From positions 1 to 64,000 of IMG/VR virus record IMGVR_UViG_3300032157_000006: a stretch of DNA of 64,000 nt. One strand, given 5' to 3'. Below the pieces are notes generated by a model that worked only from the letters and a program-made list of their open reading frames with translations, had not been told where the DNA came from and searched no databases. Origin of the DNA: a virus. Of this stretch, positions 24,394 through 32,566 are shown piece by piece. Every line of letters begins with the position of its first letter. Positions within the stretch are counted from its first letter, which is position 1. The position numbers and the translations under genes are program-made.

Positions 24394-25688
24394 CAGACTT
24401 TCGCCGTTCCGTCAGCACTGCCAAGTTTAGGGATGCGACACCATTCTTTGATCGGAAGCACGGCTTTGTGAATCCACCCCTGCCCTGGCATCCAAATCGC
24501 CGTTCCTGGGGTGTTTTGAGAATCTAGAATTCCATACCATCCTCGGTCTTCCGGTGGGGTACTGGCAGAAATCCATCGCGGCTGAATGTCTGCTAGAGTC
24601 GCGTGCCCCAAGACGAATTCCTTAACCATCTTCACGGTGAAGGTATCGAACTCCATAATTGCAATATCCTGCGGGTTCATCACGGCTTCATGGATAGCTA
24701 GTAATTCCGCGCGAGCGGCGTCCCTGACCCGGTCTGCATCTTGCGCCCACCGCAATTTCTCAAGATCGTCAGTAGCAATCATGGTCCAACCGTCTTGATG
24801 CGAAACGCAACCCCCGCACTCTTTGGCAGCTTTCCACCATGCGTCAATACTGTCTTTTTGCGTAGTTTTCACAGCATCTACTCCTTCCTGAAAAGCGACG
24901 AGTCGCGCAGCGTCTCTTGCTTGATCCATGCGAACACGGTCTGCGTCATCCACATTTTCTGCCACATCGGTCATCAAGAACCCACGAACAGCAGTTGGCG
25001 CGATCTGTTCTGTGAGTGCTGCTACCGCGTCACGAAGCAGAATTTCCTTGCTCCCCATCTGCTGCTCACCGCGCACGGCTTCGTGCTTGGCAATCTCCGC
25101 TTTAAGCCTAAAAATCAACTTCGTGTCTCCCATTGCGGATGGCGGCGTAGAGTAGAGAGGTTTCCATCCTGGACGCTGAATACGACTTAATTCGACAACC
25201 CCGAAATCTTCATGCCACCACGCAACCGGACAGGCAGATGATTCCGCCAAAGTGGCATGATTTTTGGCGGGTTCGGTAGAGGACGGTGCAGCAGTGGCCG
25301 CGCTGGTCTTGAGGGCGCGTTTGAGTCCGCGAATGCCGCGCACCAGATATTCTTTTATATCGTCAACCTCGCGCGCACCTTCCGTTCCGCCTTCGGCGCG
25401 AGTTCTTGCGAACAGCAATTCGCGTGTCTCAACAAAAAGCGCAGCCTCTTCCAGCGCCACGTTCCTGTCTCCCGTTTCCGACACTGGCGCAGTTGGCTTA
25501 CGCAGGGCGTGGATCAGGCCGCTGATAATCATGCGGGCGTTGGTATAGGCCGTCTCCAGGTTGGCAATGTGCGTCTCGTTATCGCCGGGGAGTTTTACCA
25601 GCGATTGAAGATCGTCTCTCGAAGGCAGCGCCTGAGCCTTGTCGATCAGGTCTTGGCGGTACTGTGGGGCATCGGTGCGCTGAGTCAT
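24393..25688 (-). CDS. hypothetical protein with C-terminal DUF551-like module
   Basis: 431 aa. The C-terminus PRWISASTPPEDRGWYGILDSQNTPGTAIWMPGQGWIHKAVLPIKEWCRIP resembles the phage DUF551 pattern (W-x-S...P...W...W-x-P). Lower-GC, helical N-terminal two thirds. Confidence 0.7.
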   Translation of the reverse strand: MTQRTDAPQYRQDLIDKAQALPSRDDLQSLVKLPGDNETHIANLETAYTNARMIISGLIHALRKPTAPVSETGDRNVALEEAALFVETRELLFARTRAEGGTEGAREVDDIKEYLVRGIRGLKRALKTSAATAAPSSTEPAKNHATLAESSACPVAWWHEDFGVVELSRIQRPGWKPLYSTPPSAMGDTKLIFRLKAEIAKHEAVRGEQQMGSKEILLRDAVAALTEQIAPTAVRGFLMTDVAENVDDADRVRMDQARDAARLVAFQEGVDAVKTTQKDSIDAWWKAAKECGGCVSHQDGWTMIATDDLEKLRWAQDADRVRDAARAELLAIHEAVMNPQDIAIMEFDTFTVKMVKEFVLGHATLADIQPRWISASTPPEDRGWYGILDSQNTPGTAIWMPGQGWIHKAVLPIKEWCRIPKLGSADGTAKV

Positions 25689-25936
25689 GCGTCTGCTCCT
25701 AGTTGATCGTCAATCTGTGTGTCCATCTGCGCCGCGCTCCTCGGCTGTGCTGTCAGGTAGCGCAGCGCCGCCTTCGTGTCTTTCTCACACACCTTATGAA
25801 CCTTGACCTTCTGACCTGGGCCAGTCTTGACCTCAGCGAAGAACAGCGGGCGCGCTTTCCATGAACCACCCTTTCCGACCAGCGGGCGGTTGCAGTTCCA
25901 ACACAAAACGCGACGATGGCTGTGGGGAGAGTTCAT
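25685..25936 (-). CDS. small hypothetical protein with a CxxC (83 aa)
   Basis: ATG 25936 forms an ATGA overlap with the HNH gene stop. MNSPHSHRRVLCWNCNRPLVGKGG...KVHKVCEKD. Confidence 0.55.
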   Translation of the reverse strand: MNSPHSHRRVLCWNCNRPLVGKGGSWKARPLFFAEVKTGPGQKVKVHKVCEKDTKAALRYLTAQPRSAAQMDTQIDDQLGADA

Positions 25937-26385
25937 GCTGCCGCCCTCCGGTTGTTGCCGCCCTTCCAAGCACGGCCTTTAGCTCGCATGTCGTCCATGT
26001 TTTCTTGGTGCGTGCCGACGCGCAGATGCTTCGGGTTAGTGCAGATTGGGTTGTCGCAGGTGTGCATCACGCTCATTCCATCCGGTATCTGGCCGTGGTG
26101 CAGTTCGTAGGAGTAGCGATGGGCAAAAACGGCCTTGTGCTGGTGCCTAAAGCGCCCATAGCCGTCCCAGCGGGTATGCCCAGCCCAATCCCAGCACTTG
26201 TCGCCTTCGCGCTTCACGACTTTGCTCCAGAACATCGCTTCTCGACGGCCTGGATTACAGGCGCGGATATGAGAACCCATGAAGCAGGCTTGGCCCTCAC
26301 GACCACAATGAGGGCAGGCGATTACCTTCTGGAGCGCCTTGTATTCGCCGCCAGGATTGGTCGTTAGACCGCGCGTGTTAGGCAT
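25933..26385 (-). CDS. HNH homing endonuclease
   Basis: AHRYSYELHHGQIPDGMSVMHTCDNPICTNPKHLRVGTHQENMDD is the classic HNH_3 signature. An N-terminal CPHC...C zinc motif is also present. Confidence 0.9.
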   Translation of the reverse strand: MPNTRGLTTNPGGEYKALQKVIACPHCGREGQACFMGSHIRACNPGRREAMFWSKVVKREGDKCWDWAGHTRWDGYGRFRHQHKAVFAHRYSYELHHGQIPDGMSVMHTCDNPICTNPKHLRVGTHQENMDDMRAKGRAWKGGNNRRAAA

Positions 26386-26412
26386 TGGAATCCATCGTGC
26401 TCGCGCCGCTTT

Positions 26413-26619
26413 TCATGTACCGATCCTTTCGCACCGCGCGCATTTCGTGACGCGCCCACTCATTAGTTGGCTCGCCTTCGCGTAGAACTTACTGTTCCCG
26501 CACGAGCATCCACAACGGTAGCGCGGGCCGCGGTTCTTATTTGTACTCTTTTCAAGCACGGTCAGTTGGCCGTATCGTTCGCCGTGCTCAAGCTGGACTG
26601 GTGGCGCCGTGTAGGCCAC
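26413..26619 (-). CDS. small zinc-ribbon protein (68 aa)
   Basis: In-frame GTG at 26619, 1 nt after the upstream stop. ...GERYGQLTVLEKSTNKNRGPRYRCGCSCGNSKFYAKASQLMSGRVTKCARCE (CxC, CxxC). Pattern common next to phage HNH/AP2-type genes. Confidence 0.55.
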   Translation of the reverse strand: MAYTAPPVQLEHGERYGQLTVLEKSTNKNRGPRYRCGCSCGNSKFYAKASQLMSGRVTKCARCERIGT

Positions 26620-26620
26620 A

Positions 26621-27244
26621 TCAATCCGGCCACTTTGTCGTGGACGGATCCTGCGCGCTCCACCGGCCAGCGGTAGCCATCGCATCGACCACCTTGGCAG
26701 GTCCGCAGCCGTGCGAATCGGCCAGGCGCACCCATTCCCTGATCGCGGCGGGCGCGGCGCGATCAGGTTGGCGCAGGACGAACACTTCCTCGCCTTTTTG
26801 CAGCGCCTTGAAGTAGCACTGGCTGAATTCGAGCGCCGAGAGCAGCGTGTCGATCGTGCGCAGCGCCGTCGCGGTGTCGATCACCACCTCGGGTTGCTGG
26901 CGGAACCAGAGCGCCTTGCCGATCGCGCCCTGGATGGTCATCTCGCCCATCGGTAGAGGATCGTTGGCAGCGACGGCCGTGTAGCCGTCCTCGAATGCCT
27001 TGGCCGGCGAGTAGCTGAAATAGCCGTCGTCGTATTGAACGAGATACCCGCCCACCTCGGCCTTCTTCTCGCGGATCCATGCGGCGCCGGCCTCGAACAA
27101 CCCGTGGGGGGCAATGTCTAGCCGAGCGCCATGGTCGATCGCCACGATCTTCGCGGCAGCGACGATCTTGTGGCACTTGTAGCGCGGCAGCGCCACGGTG
27201 AAATCGCGGTCGTCCGGATCGTTCGCTGGCTTGTCATTGGTCAT
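26621..27244 (-). CDS. hypothetical protein (207 aa)
   Basis: ATG 27244 forms an ATGA overlap with the rusA stop. MTNDKPANDPDDRDFTVALPRYKCHKIVAAAKIVAI... GC3-rich. Confidence 0.7.
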   Translation of the reverse strand: MTNDKPANDPDDRDFTVALPRYKCHKIVAAAKIVAIDHGARLDIAPHGLFEAGAAWIREKKAEVGGYLVQYDDGYFSYSPAKAFEDGYTAVAANDPLPMGEMTIQGAIGKALWFRQQPEVVIDTATALRTIDTLLSALEFSQCYFKALQKGEEVFVLRQPDRAAPAAIREWVRLADSHGCGPAKVVDAMATAGRWSAQDPSTTKWPD

Positions 27245-27660
27245 GCCGTCTCTCCTTTGTCGATGGTGGTCACCTTCACGCGGCACTGGCCGCCGAAGAA
27301 TTTGTCGTCGCGGATGATTGGGCCGCGGCGGACGTACAGCTCGTCGATCTCGCTATCGTCGTTGAACATGCCGGCGATGCGCAGGGCGTCCAGGAGGCCC
27401 TTCATGCGATTGTCCAGGTCGTTGCGCGCCTTGGTCGGGAACGACAGCTCAACGTCCACGCGCAGAGGCGGTTGTATGCACGCGATTTGCGATTTGGTCA
27501 GCCTGCGAAGCTCGTAGTACACGATGCGCCGGTACACGGTGACGTCGCGGCCGAGGAACTTGCCCCATTTCGCGCGCCCCTTTTCCTTGGTGCCCATCAC
27601 GTAGTAGTGGTTCACGGTCGGCGCCATCGGCAGGTACACCCACTGGCCGGCGAGCGTCAT
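27241..27660 (-). CDS. rusA: RusA-family Holliday junction resolvase
   Basis: MTLAGQWVYLPMAPTVNHYY...KARNDLDNRMKGLLDALRIAGMFNDDSEIDEL matches the RusA catalytic Asp pattern. Alternative GTG start at 27726 abuts the upstream stop. Confidence 0.85.
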   Translation of the reverse strand: MTLAGQWVYLPMAPTVNHYYVMGTKEKGRAKWGKFLGRDVTVYRRIVYYELRRLTKSQIACIQPPLRVDVELSFPTKARNDLDNRMKGLLDALRIAGMFNDDSEIDELYVRRGPIIRDDKFFGGQCRVKVTTIDKGETA

Positions 27661-27725
27661 GCCTGGCTCATCGACCAGGCAGAACGTCTTTCGCAGGCCG
27701 TCAGCCACGTTTCCGTTGCCAGCCA

Positions 27726-27986
27726 CTACGTCGGCACCCCGGCCTGGAACGGCACTTTCTCGAACCAGCCGGCCTTGATGGTCACTTTGCGCGCCGCAGC
27801 AAGTTTTCGCACGGTCCTGTGGTGAGCTTCCGGGATGGATCCGTGCTGGTCGTAGCGCGACACGCACGTCTTGGTGACGCCGAGGGCGTCGGCGAACTCG
27901 GTGGTCGTCATGGCCAGCAGGTGCTGACGGATAAAGAGGGCCGGGGTGATGCGCCTGGCCATGAATACTTTCTTCTTTCCAGCCAT
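27726..27986 (-). CDS. helix-turn-helix DNA-binding protein (first gene of the leftward operon; Cro/regulator candidate)
   Basis: 86 aa. MTTTEFADALGVTKTCVSRYDQHGSIP is a clear HTH. Sits immediately next to the divergent promoter-like region. Confidence 0.75.
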   Translation of the reverse strand: MAGKKKVFMARRITPALFIRQHLLAMTTTEFADALGVTKTCVSRYDQHGSIPEAHHRTVRKLAAARKVTIKAGWFEKVPFQAGVPT

Positions 27987-28008
27987 TGTTACCCCTTACG
28001 TGAACAAG

Positions 28009-28046
28009 TTGACGCGCATCCTAAAGTATGGAATCATTTCCGTCAA
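28009..28046. promoter_or_regulatory. candidate overlapping back-to-back promoters (switch region)
   Basis: Plus strand: TTGACG (28009-14), 17 bp, TGgAATCAT (-10 at 28032-37). Minus strand: TTGACG (28046-41), 17 bp, TAGGAT (28023-18). The two -35 boxes form an imperfect inverted repeat GTTGACG/CGTCAAt. AT-richer than the surroundings. Confidence 0.35.
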
Positions 28047-28052
28047 TCCCTT

Positions 28053-28301
28053 ATGCCAAACACGTTGATGAGCAAGATGCTCGGCTACTTCACTATCGAC
28101 CTGACCACCGTTAAGGTGTTCGTGGCGGTGCTGGTGGCGCTCTTTCTGATCGAGTGTTTGGCGCTGGTGATGGCGCTCGTGCAGCACTACGACCGCGAGG
28201 CGCGCGCGGTGTATGCCGGGCACCTTGTTGCAAAGAGCGGTCTGCTGATGATCGCGATACTGATTCTGTATTCGTCCTGCCTGGAGGTGCATGTCCAATG
28301 A
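28053..28301 (+). CDS. small membrane protein (2 predicted TM helices)
   Basis: MPNTLMSKMLGYFTIDLTTVKVFVAVLVALFLIECLALVMALV...SGLLMIAILILYSSCL. Alternative ATGs at 28068 and 28077. ATGA overlap with the next gene. Confidence 0.6.
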   Translation: MPNTLMSKMLGYFTIDLTTVKVFVAVLVALFLIECLALVMALVQHYDREARAVYAGHLVAKSGLLMIAILILYSSCLEVHVQ

Positions 28302-28846
28302 GTAAGCCGACAACCGACCTGGAGATGTCCGATGGCGTTGCGCGAAAAATGTTCCCCGACCGGCCGACAGAAGAAGTCGTCACGGAAATCGTCAACGCGA
28401 ACCCGGCCAAGCACGGCATCACGGTCGAGGAAAGGAAGCGCCGGGCGCTCGAGGCCGCGCGAGCCCAATCTGCTGATGACGAAGCGTTCTTTGCTGAAGG
28501 GAGCGCAGTGGTCGAGCCAGGAACTACGGGACCTGATCGTGATGCGCTACCGCCGACAGGAGCTGGCGCTGACCCTGCTCGCACGGATGGACGAGAGCCC
28601 GACCTTTCAAGCGCTGGACGAGGATCACCTGCTCCGGAGCGTGATCGCGAAGGTGCGGGAACTGCTGGCGCCGCCGATGCTGTCAATCCTGACGCCGGAG
28701 TACAAACAGGCGCAGAGGGAAAAGAATCTTCGGGTGAGCAAAATGATCGACAACCTTGCGATCATGCCTTCCCCGACGACGCCGACGCAGGAACCGTCTG
28801 CACAAAATGCGGGCTCGTCACCTTCGAGCAGTGGGTGAACTCGTGA
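28298..28846 (+). CDS. hypothetical protein with a disordered middle (182 aa); overlaps an embedded +1-frame ORF
   Basis: The frame is GC3-rich at its 5' end (28298 to about 28480) and 3' end (about 28770-28846) but not in the middle. Its stop is coupled to the next start (GTGA at 28843-28846). C-terminus: ...TVCTKCGLVTFEQWVNS. Confidence 0.55.
   Translation: MSKPTTDLEMSDGVARKMFPDRPTEEVVTEIVNANPAKHGITVEERKRRALEAARAQSADDEAFFAEGSAVVEPGTTGPDRDALPPTGAGADPARTDGREPDLSSAGRGSPAPERDREGAGTAGAADAVNPDAGVQTGAEGKESSGEQNDRQPCDHAFPDDADAGTVCTKCGLVTFEQWVNS
28476..28838 (+). CDS. embedded +1-frame ORF, hypothetical helical protein (120 aa)
   Basis: MTKRSLLKGAQWSSQELRDLIVMRYRRQELALTLLARMDESPTFQALDEDHLLRSVIAKVRELLAPPMLSILTPEYKQAQ... 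Nearly all codons end in G/C over 28500-28770, whereas the longer frame there reads Gly/Pro/Asp/Arg-rich. Confidence 0.55.
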   Translation: MTKRSLLKGAQWSSQELRDLIVMRYRRQELALTLLARMDESPTFQALDEDHLLRSVIAKVRELLAPPMLSILTPEYKQAQREKNLRVSKMIDNLAIMPSPTTPTQEPSAQNAGSSPSSSG

Positions 28847-29022
28847 GCATCTTCGAGATTGCCACCGGCCGAGAGGATTACAACAACCGCTTTGTCGTCC
28901 TGCGTATCCTGATTCTGAACTGCGGCGTCGAGCTGGTGCACACGAGGATGTCTGGCTGGCTCGTCGCCGCCATCGCCGGATGGAGCCGGTGGGTCTGGTA
29001 TTTCCAGGAGCCACGCAGATGA
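28843..29022 (+). CDS. small hypothetical protein (59 aa, hydrophobic Trp-rich C-terminus)
   Basis: GTG 28843 overlaps the upstream TGA. GC3-rich. VSIFEIATGREDYNNRFVVLRILILNCGVELVHTRMSGWLVAAIAGWSRWVWYF. Confidence 0.55.
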   Translation: MSIFEIATGREDYNNRFVVLRILILNCGVELVHTRMSGWLVAAIAGWSRWVWYFQEPRR

Positions 29023-29252
29023 GCATCCCAGGCCAGCGCGGCAAGTACGTGAAGGGCCTGCCGGGCGAGAAGGTTCGCATCGAGGGCGTGACCATCGGCA
29101 AGGAGACTGCGGCTGCGATCATGGTGACCATCAACGGCACCGATCACTGGTTCCCGCTCTCCCAAGTGCACGAGTTGCACCGATCGAAGGACAAGGGCGG
29201 CGACGTCATCGTCATCAGCCAGTGGATCGCTGAGAAGAAGGGCCTGCGTTGA
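29019..29252 (+). CDS. small hypothetical protein (77 aa)
   Basis: ATGA overlap at 29019-29022. MSIPGQRGKYVKGLPGEKVRIEGVTIGKETAAAIMVTINGTDHWFPLSQV... Confidence 0.65.
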   Translation: MSIPGQRGKYVKGLPGEKVRIEGVTIGKETAAAIMVTINGTDHWFPLSQVHELHRSKDKGGDVIVISQWIAEKKGLR

Positions 29253-29482
29253 GAGCGTGGTGGCGCAAGTGGTCGCTGGTGCAGCGCGAGCGTCTTGCGC
29301 GCCTGTGCTACGGATGGGCCCTGAAACTCGGCGGCCCTGCCGAGGCCGAACGCTCGCGCGAGCATTTTCGCAAAGTGCCGACTCCACTTGAAGCAGAGGT
29401 CCGTGCGAAAGATCAGCGCGAATTGCTGGACCGCATCGCCAAGGCGAAACAGAGCGGCGCGCGCGGACACGATCCGTTCTGA
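29249..29482 (+). CDS. small hypothetical protein (77 aa)
   Basis: TTG start in a TTGA overlap (29249-29252). Its stop shares 1 nt with the next ATG. Confidence 0.55.
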   Translation: MRAWWRKWSLVQRERLARLCYGWALKLGGPAEAERSREHFRKVPTPLEAEVRAKDQRELLDRIAKAKQSGARGHDPF

Positions 29483-30279
29483 TGATTACCATCCGCCCAT
29501 CGTCCCTGTCCATGTGGCCGGATTGTCAGCGCCGGCAGGCCGCGCGCATTTTCCAGCGCGAGATCGCGGACGCCGGGTACAAGCTGCGCGAGCTTGGCCG
29601 CTCCGTGGGCGCCAGCGTTGGCACCGCGACCCATGCGGCCGTGGCGAACGCGATGGGCGAGAAGATGTTCCACGGCACCCTGCCGCCTGATTCACAGGCC
29701 GAGGATGCCGGGATGGCGGCGTTGAAGGAGTCGATCGAGCGCGAGCAGGTCATGTGGGACGCCACCACGCCGAACCTGAACACAGCGCAAAAGCAGGTGC
29801 GCCGGCAGTACAAGGTGTACCGCCTGACGCTGGCTGAAACGCTTATCCCGCTTGCGATCGAGCGCCGGATCGAGATTCCGACGCGGCGCGGGAACATCCT
29901 GTCCGGGCAGATCGACCTGACCGACGAAGGGGTGCGGGACCTGAAAACCGGCACCACCGCGCGCGGCAACATGGCCCAGTACGGGGCGTATGCGATGCTG
30001 CGGCGCGCCGAGAATGGCGATGTCGATCACATCATCGAGGATTTCGTGCGCCGGGTGCCTGTGGATAAGCCGCAGCCGAACCCGGAGGAAATTCGCTACG
30101 ATGTCGAGCTGTCGCAGCGCGTGGCCGCGCGCATCATCAACCAGGTCGAGGACGCGCACGACCAGTTCATGGCGAGCGGGGACGCCGAGACGTTCCTCGC
30201 CAACCCGAATTCGATGCTGTGCATGGAGCGCTGGTGCCCGGCGTACAAGACCGACTTTTGCCACGAGTGGCGGCAATAA
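29482..30279 (+). CDS. PD-(D/E)XK nuclease, Cas4/RecB-exonuclease-like
   Basis: GQIDLTDEGVRDLKTG (D...D-x-K), QYGAYAML (QxxxY), plus one N-terminal Cys (WPDCQ) and three C-terminal Cys (CMERWCPAYKTDFC), consistent with a Cas4-type Fe-S cluster. Confidence 0.8.
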   Translation: MITIRPSSLSMWPDCQRRQAARIFQREIADAGYKLRELGRSVGASVGTATHAAVANAMGEKMFHGTLPPDSQAEDAGMAALKESIEREQVMWDATTPNLNTAQKQVRRQYKVYRLTLAETLIPLAIERRIEIPTRRGNILSGQIDLTDEGVRDLKTGTTARGNMAQYGAYAMLRRAENGDVDHIIEDFVRRVPVDKPQPNPEEIRYDVELSQRVAARIINQVEDAHDQFMASGDAETFLANPNSMLCMERWCPAYKTDFCHEWRQ

Positions 30280-30292
30280 CCAAGGAGAAATC

Positions 30293-30748
30293 ATGCAACA
30301 AAAGCTGACCGAAATGATCGACGCGCTGGTGACGGAAAAGACGTTCTCTCTGGCTGGCGTCCAGGCAATCGAAGCCCTGCGCGCGAAGGCGGACGGGCTG
30401 GAGAAGATGGTGGAGAGCGTCACCAAGGAGCGCGATTCCTATTCCACGCAACGCGACCTGGCGAACAAAGCGGCGAATGAAAAAACCGCCGTCATCGAAG
30501 GTTGGATGAAGCGCGAGACGGATATTGTTACTCGCGAAAAGACCATGACCGCCAAGGATCAGGAAGCCGCTGTCAGCAAGGCGCGCGCCGACACGTTCGC
30601 CGAGTGTTTCGGCATGGTGTTCCGCAACATCGAGGTCCGGCGCGAAATGTTTGGCACGGCTCCGAACCCGCCGAGCGCGAACCCGAACTACTACCCGTCC
30701 GGACCGAACACGCCGGTCAACGAAACGGTCACGACCAAGACCGGCTGA
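30293..30748 (+). CDS. hypothetical coiled-coil protein (151 aa)
   Basis: ATG 30293 preceded by AAGGAGA. MQQKLTEMIDALVTEKTFSLAGVQAIEALRAKADGLEKMVESV... Confidence 0.7.
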   Translation: MQQKLTEMIDALVTEKTFSLAGVQAIEALRAKADGLEKMVESVTKERDSYSTQRDLANKAANEKTAVIEGWMKRETDIVTREKTMTAKDQEAAVSKARADTFAECFGMVFRNIEVRREMFGTAPNPPSANPNYYPSGPNTPVNETVTTKTG

Positions 30749-30750
30749 CC

Positions 30751-31095
30751 ATGGAATCACGGAAAGAAGAAGTAGCGATCCTCGGCGGCGAGGCTTTCTT
30801 CGACAAGGAGATCGCGCCGAAGCTGCTCGAGGTGGCCAAGCTGTGCGAGGCCGCCGGCCTTGCCTTCGCCTCCATCGTGGAATTCGACCTGGAGGAACAC
30901 AACACCGCGATCACCGTGGCGCCGATGCCTGCGGGCGCGGGAGCGGCCATGCGGATCGCCGGGTACGGCATGCAGTGCCAGGGCAACGTCGACGAACTCA
31001 TCATGGCGCTGCAAAAAGACGGCCAGAAGCACGGGCACAATTCCGTCGTGCTGGCCACGCTCACCGCGCACGAGTCGGGGATACAAAAGCACTGA
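30751..31095 (+). CDS. hypothetical protein (114 aa)
   Basis: ATG 30751 lies 2 nt after the upstream stop. MESRKEEVAILGGEAFFDKEIAPKLLEVAKLCEAAGLAF... Confidence 0.7.
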   Translation: MESRKEEVAILGGEAFFDKEIAPKLLEVAKLCEAAGLAFASIVEFDLEEHNTAITVAPMPAGAGAAMRIAGYGMQCQGNVDELIMALQKDGQKHGHNSVVLATLTAHESGIQKH

Positions 31096-31295
31096 TGGCC
31101 GAGGCGCTACCGTGGGACGAGGGCACCGTCTGGCTGAAAGGCACCGACAAGGACGGCGGCGTGACCTACACCGAGCATCGGTGCTGGCACGTCAGGAACT
31201 TTCTGAAGGGCGTGTTCGCCGCGGCGGTAAAGAACGGCGGCACGATGGAGCAAATAACTGAAGCAGAATTCCAGAACGCAACAAAAAGGAGATGA
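31095..31295 (+). CDS. small hypothetical protein (66 aa)
   Basis: ATG shares 1 nt with the upstream TGA; ATGA overlap with the next gene. MAEALPWDEGTVWLKGTDKDGGVTYTEHRCWHVRNF... Confidence 0.6.
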   Translation: MAEALPWDEGTVWLKGTDKDGGVTYTEHRCWHVRNFLKGVFAAAVKNGGTMEQITEAEFQNATKRR

Positions 31296-32563
31296 CGATG
31301 GCGGGTGAACAGCAGCAGGGGCAGGCGCGTCGTGAACAAGCGCTGATGGAAGGTGATCCGATGCGCGCAACGCTCGATGTGGGCGGCATGGACGGTGGGA
31401 TGCCGATGGGCGCTGGCGTTGCGCCTGGGTTCGAGATGGTGGGTGCGCGCCACAGCCAGCACACCGGCGCGGACATCATCACCGCGCAGCGCGTTCCCGT
31501 GCCGAGGAACCGCGCGCGCATCATCGTCGCGCTCAAGGCGCTCGCGGCTGCGGCCGGGACCAACTACGTCTACGGCTGGAAGGTGAAGGACAAGAGGAAC
31601 AACCGCGAGCAGTGGATCCAGGGGCCGACGATCAAGCTCGCCAACGATCTCGCGCGCGAGTACGGCAACTGCATGGTGAACGTGCGCGTGGTCGACCTTG
31701 GCACAGCTTGGATGATGTACGGCCGGTTCGTGGACCTTGAAACCGGGTTCACCACCGAGCGCGCCTTCCAGCAGCGCAAGGGGCAAGACACCGGCATGGC
31801 CGACGGCGGGCGCGCGACCGACATCGTGTTCCAGATCGGGCAATCCAAGTGCATCCGCAACGTGATCGTGAACGCGCTCCAGACCTACGCCGACATGATG
31901 GTGGAGGAGGCCACCGGCGCGCTGCTTAACCAGATCGGCAAGGAGCCGGAGAAGGCGCGCGCGTGGATCATCCGCAAGATGGCCGACAAGAACGTCGACC
32001 AGAAGCGGGTGGAAGCCATCTACGGGCGCACCGCGGAACACTGGACCACGCCCGACATGGTGAAAATCTACACCGAGATGCAGTCCATCATCGACGGCAT
32101 GATGACGGCCGACGAGGTGTATCCTGCACCCGGCGCCGATCAGCCCGAGGAAAAGAAACCCGACCCGGTGAAAAAGACCGCGAAGGGGAAAACCGACAAT
32201 GCACCGCCGCCTCCCCAGGCCGGCAGCTCGCAAGCAGCGGATGTCAAAGGGCCGGGCAACACGCCCGATGCGCCGCTGGCTACGGGTGGGGGGGATGGCG
32301 GTGCCCCCGATTCGTCGAACGGCGGGTGCCCGGTAATCGACGAGCACGGGCAGGTGCTTGGCCACAGCAGCGACCAGAACCTGAAGAAAGGCGACCCGCT
32401 GATTCTGAACAAGGTCGAGTACGTCATCGACAACGTGAAGCTGCGCGACGAGGGCGGGCCCGTGTACAACGTGAAGGCGCTCGAGCCCGGCGGGACGGTT
32501 TCGCCAAAGACGACGCCGCCGCAGACCCCGCCGCGCAAGTCGCTGTTCCGCAAGCAGAGCTGA
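31292..32563 (+). CDS. hypothetical protein; candidate single-strand annealing/recombination protein with a long disordered C-terminus
   Basis: 423 aa, lying between a nuclease and an SMC-like ATPase. The core ...IQGPTIKLANDLAREYGN...DIVFQIGQSKCIRNVIVNALQ loosely resembles the conserved C-terminal helix of Erf/RecT/Rad52-type annealases. Weak, memory-based. Confidence 0.4.
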   Translation: MTMAGEQQQGQARREQALMEGDPMRATLDVGGMDGGMPMGAGVAPGFEMVGARHSQHTGADIITAQRVPVPRNRARIIVALKALAAAAGTNYVYGWKVKDKRNNREQWIQGPTIKLANDLAREYGNCMVNVRVVDLGTAWMMYGRFVDLETGFTTERAFQQRKGQDTGMADGGRATDIVFQIGQSKCIRNVIVNALQTYADMMVEEATGALLNQIGKEPEKARAWIIRKMADKNVDQKRVEAIYGRTAEHWTTPDMVKIYTEMQSIIDGMMTADEVYPAPGADQPEEKKPDPVKKTAKGKTDNAPPPPQAGSSQAADVKGPGNTPDAPLATGGGDGGAPDSSNGGCPVIDEHGQVLGHSSDQNLKKGDPLILNKVEYVIDNVKLRDEGGPVYNVKALEPGGTVSPKTTPPQTPPRKSLFRKQS

Positions 32564-32566
32564 CCC

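Noticed and set aside
27241-27726. Longer RusA form starting at GTG 27726 abutting the upstream stop
   Set aside because: The extra 22 aa (VAGNGNVADGLRKTFCLVDEPG) precede a canonical RusA N-terminus (MTLAGQWVYLPMAPTVNHYY). I kept ATG 27660 as the call and note the alternative.
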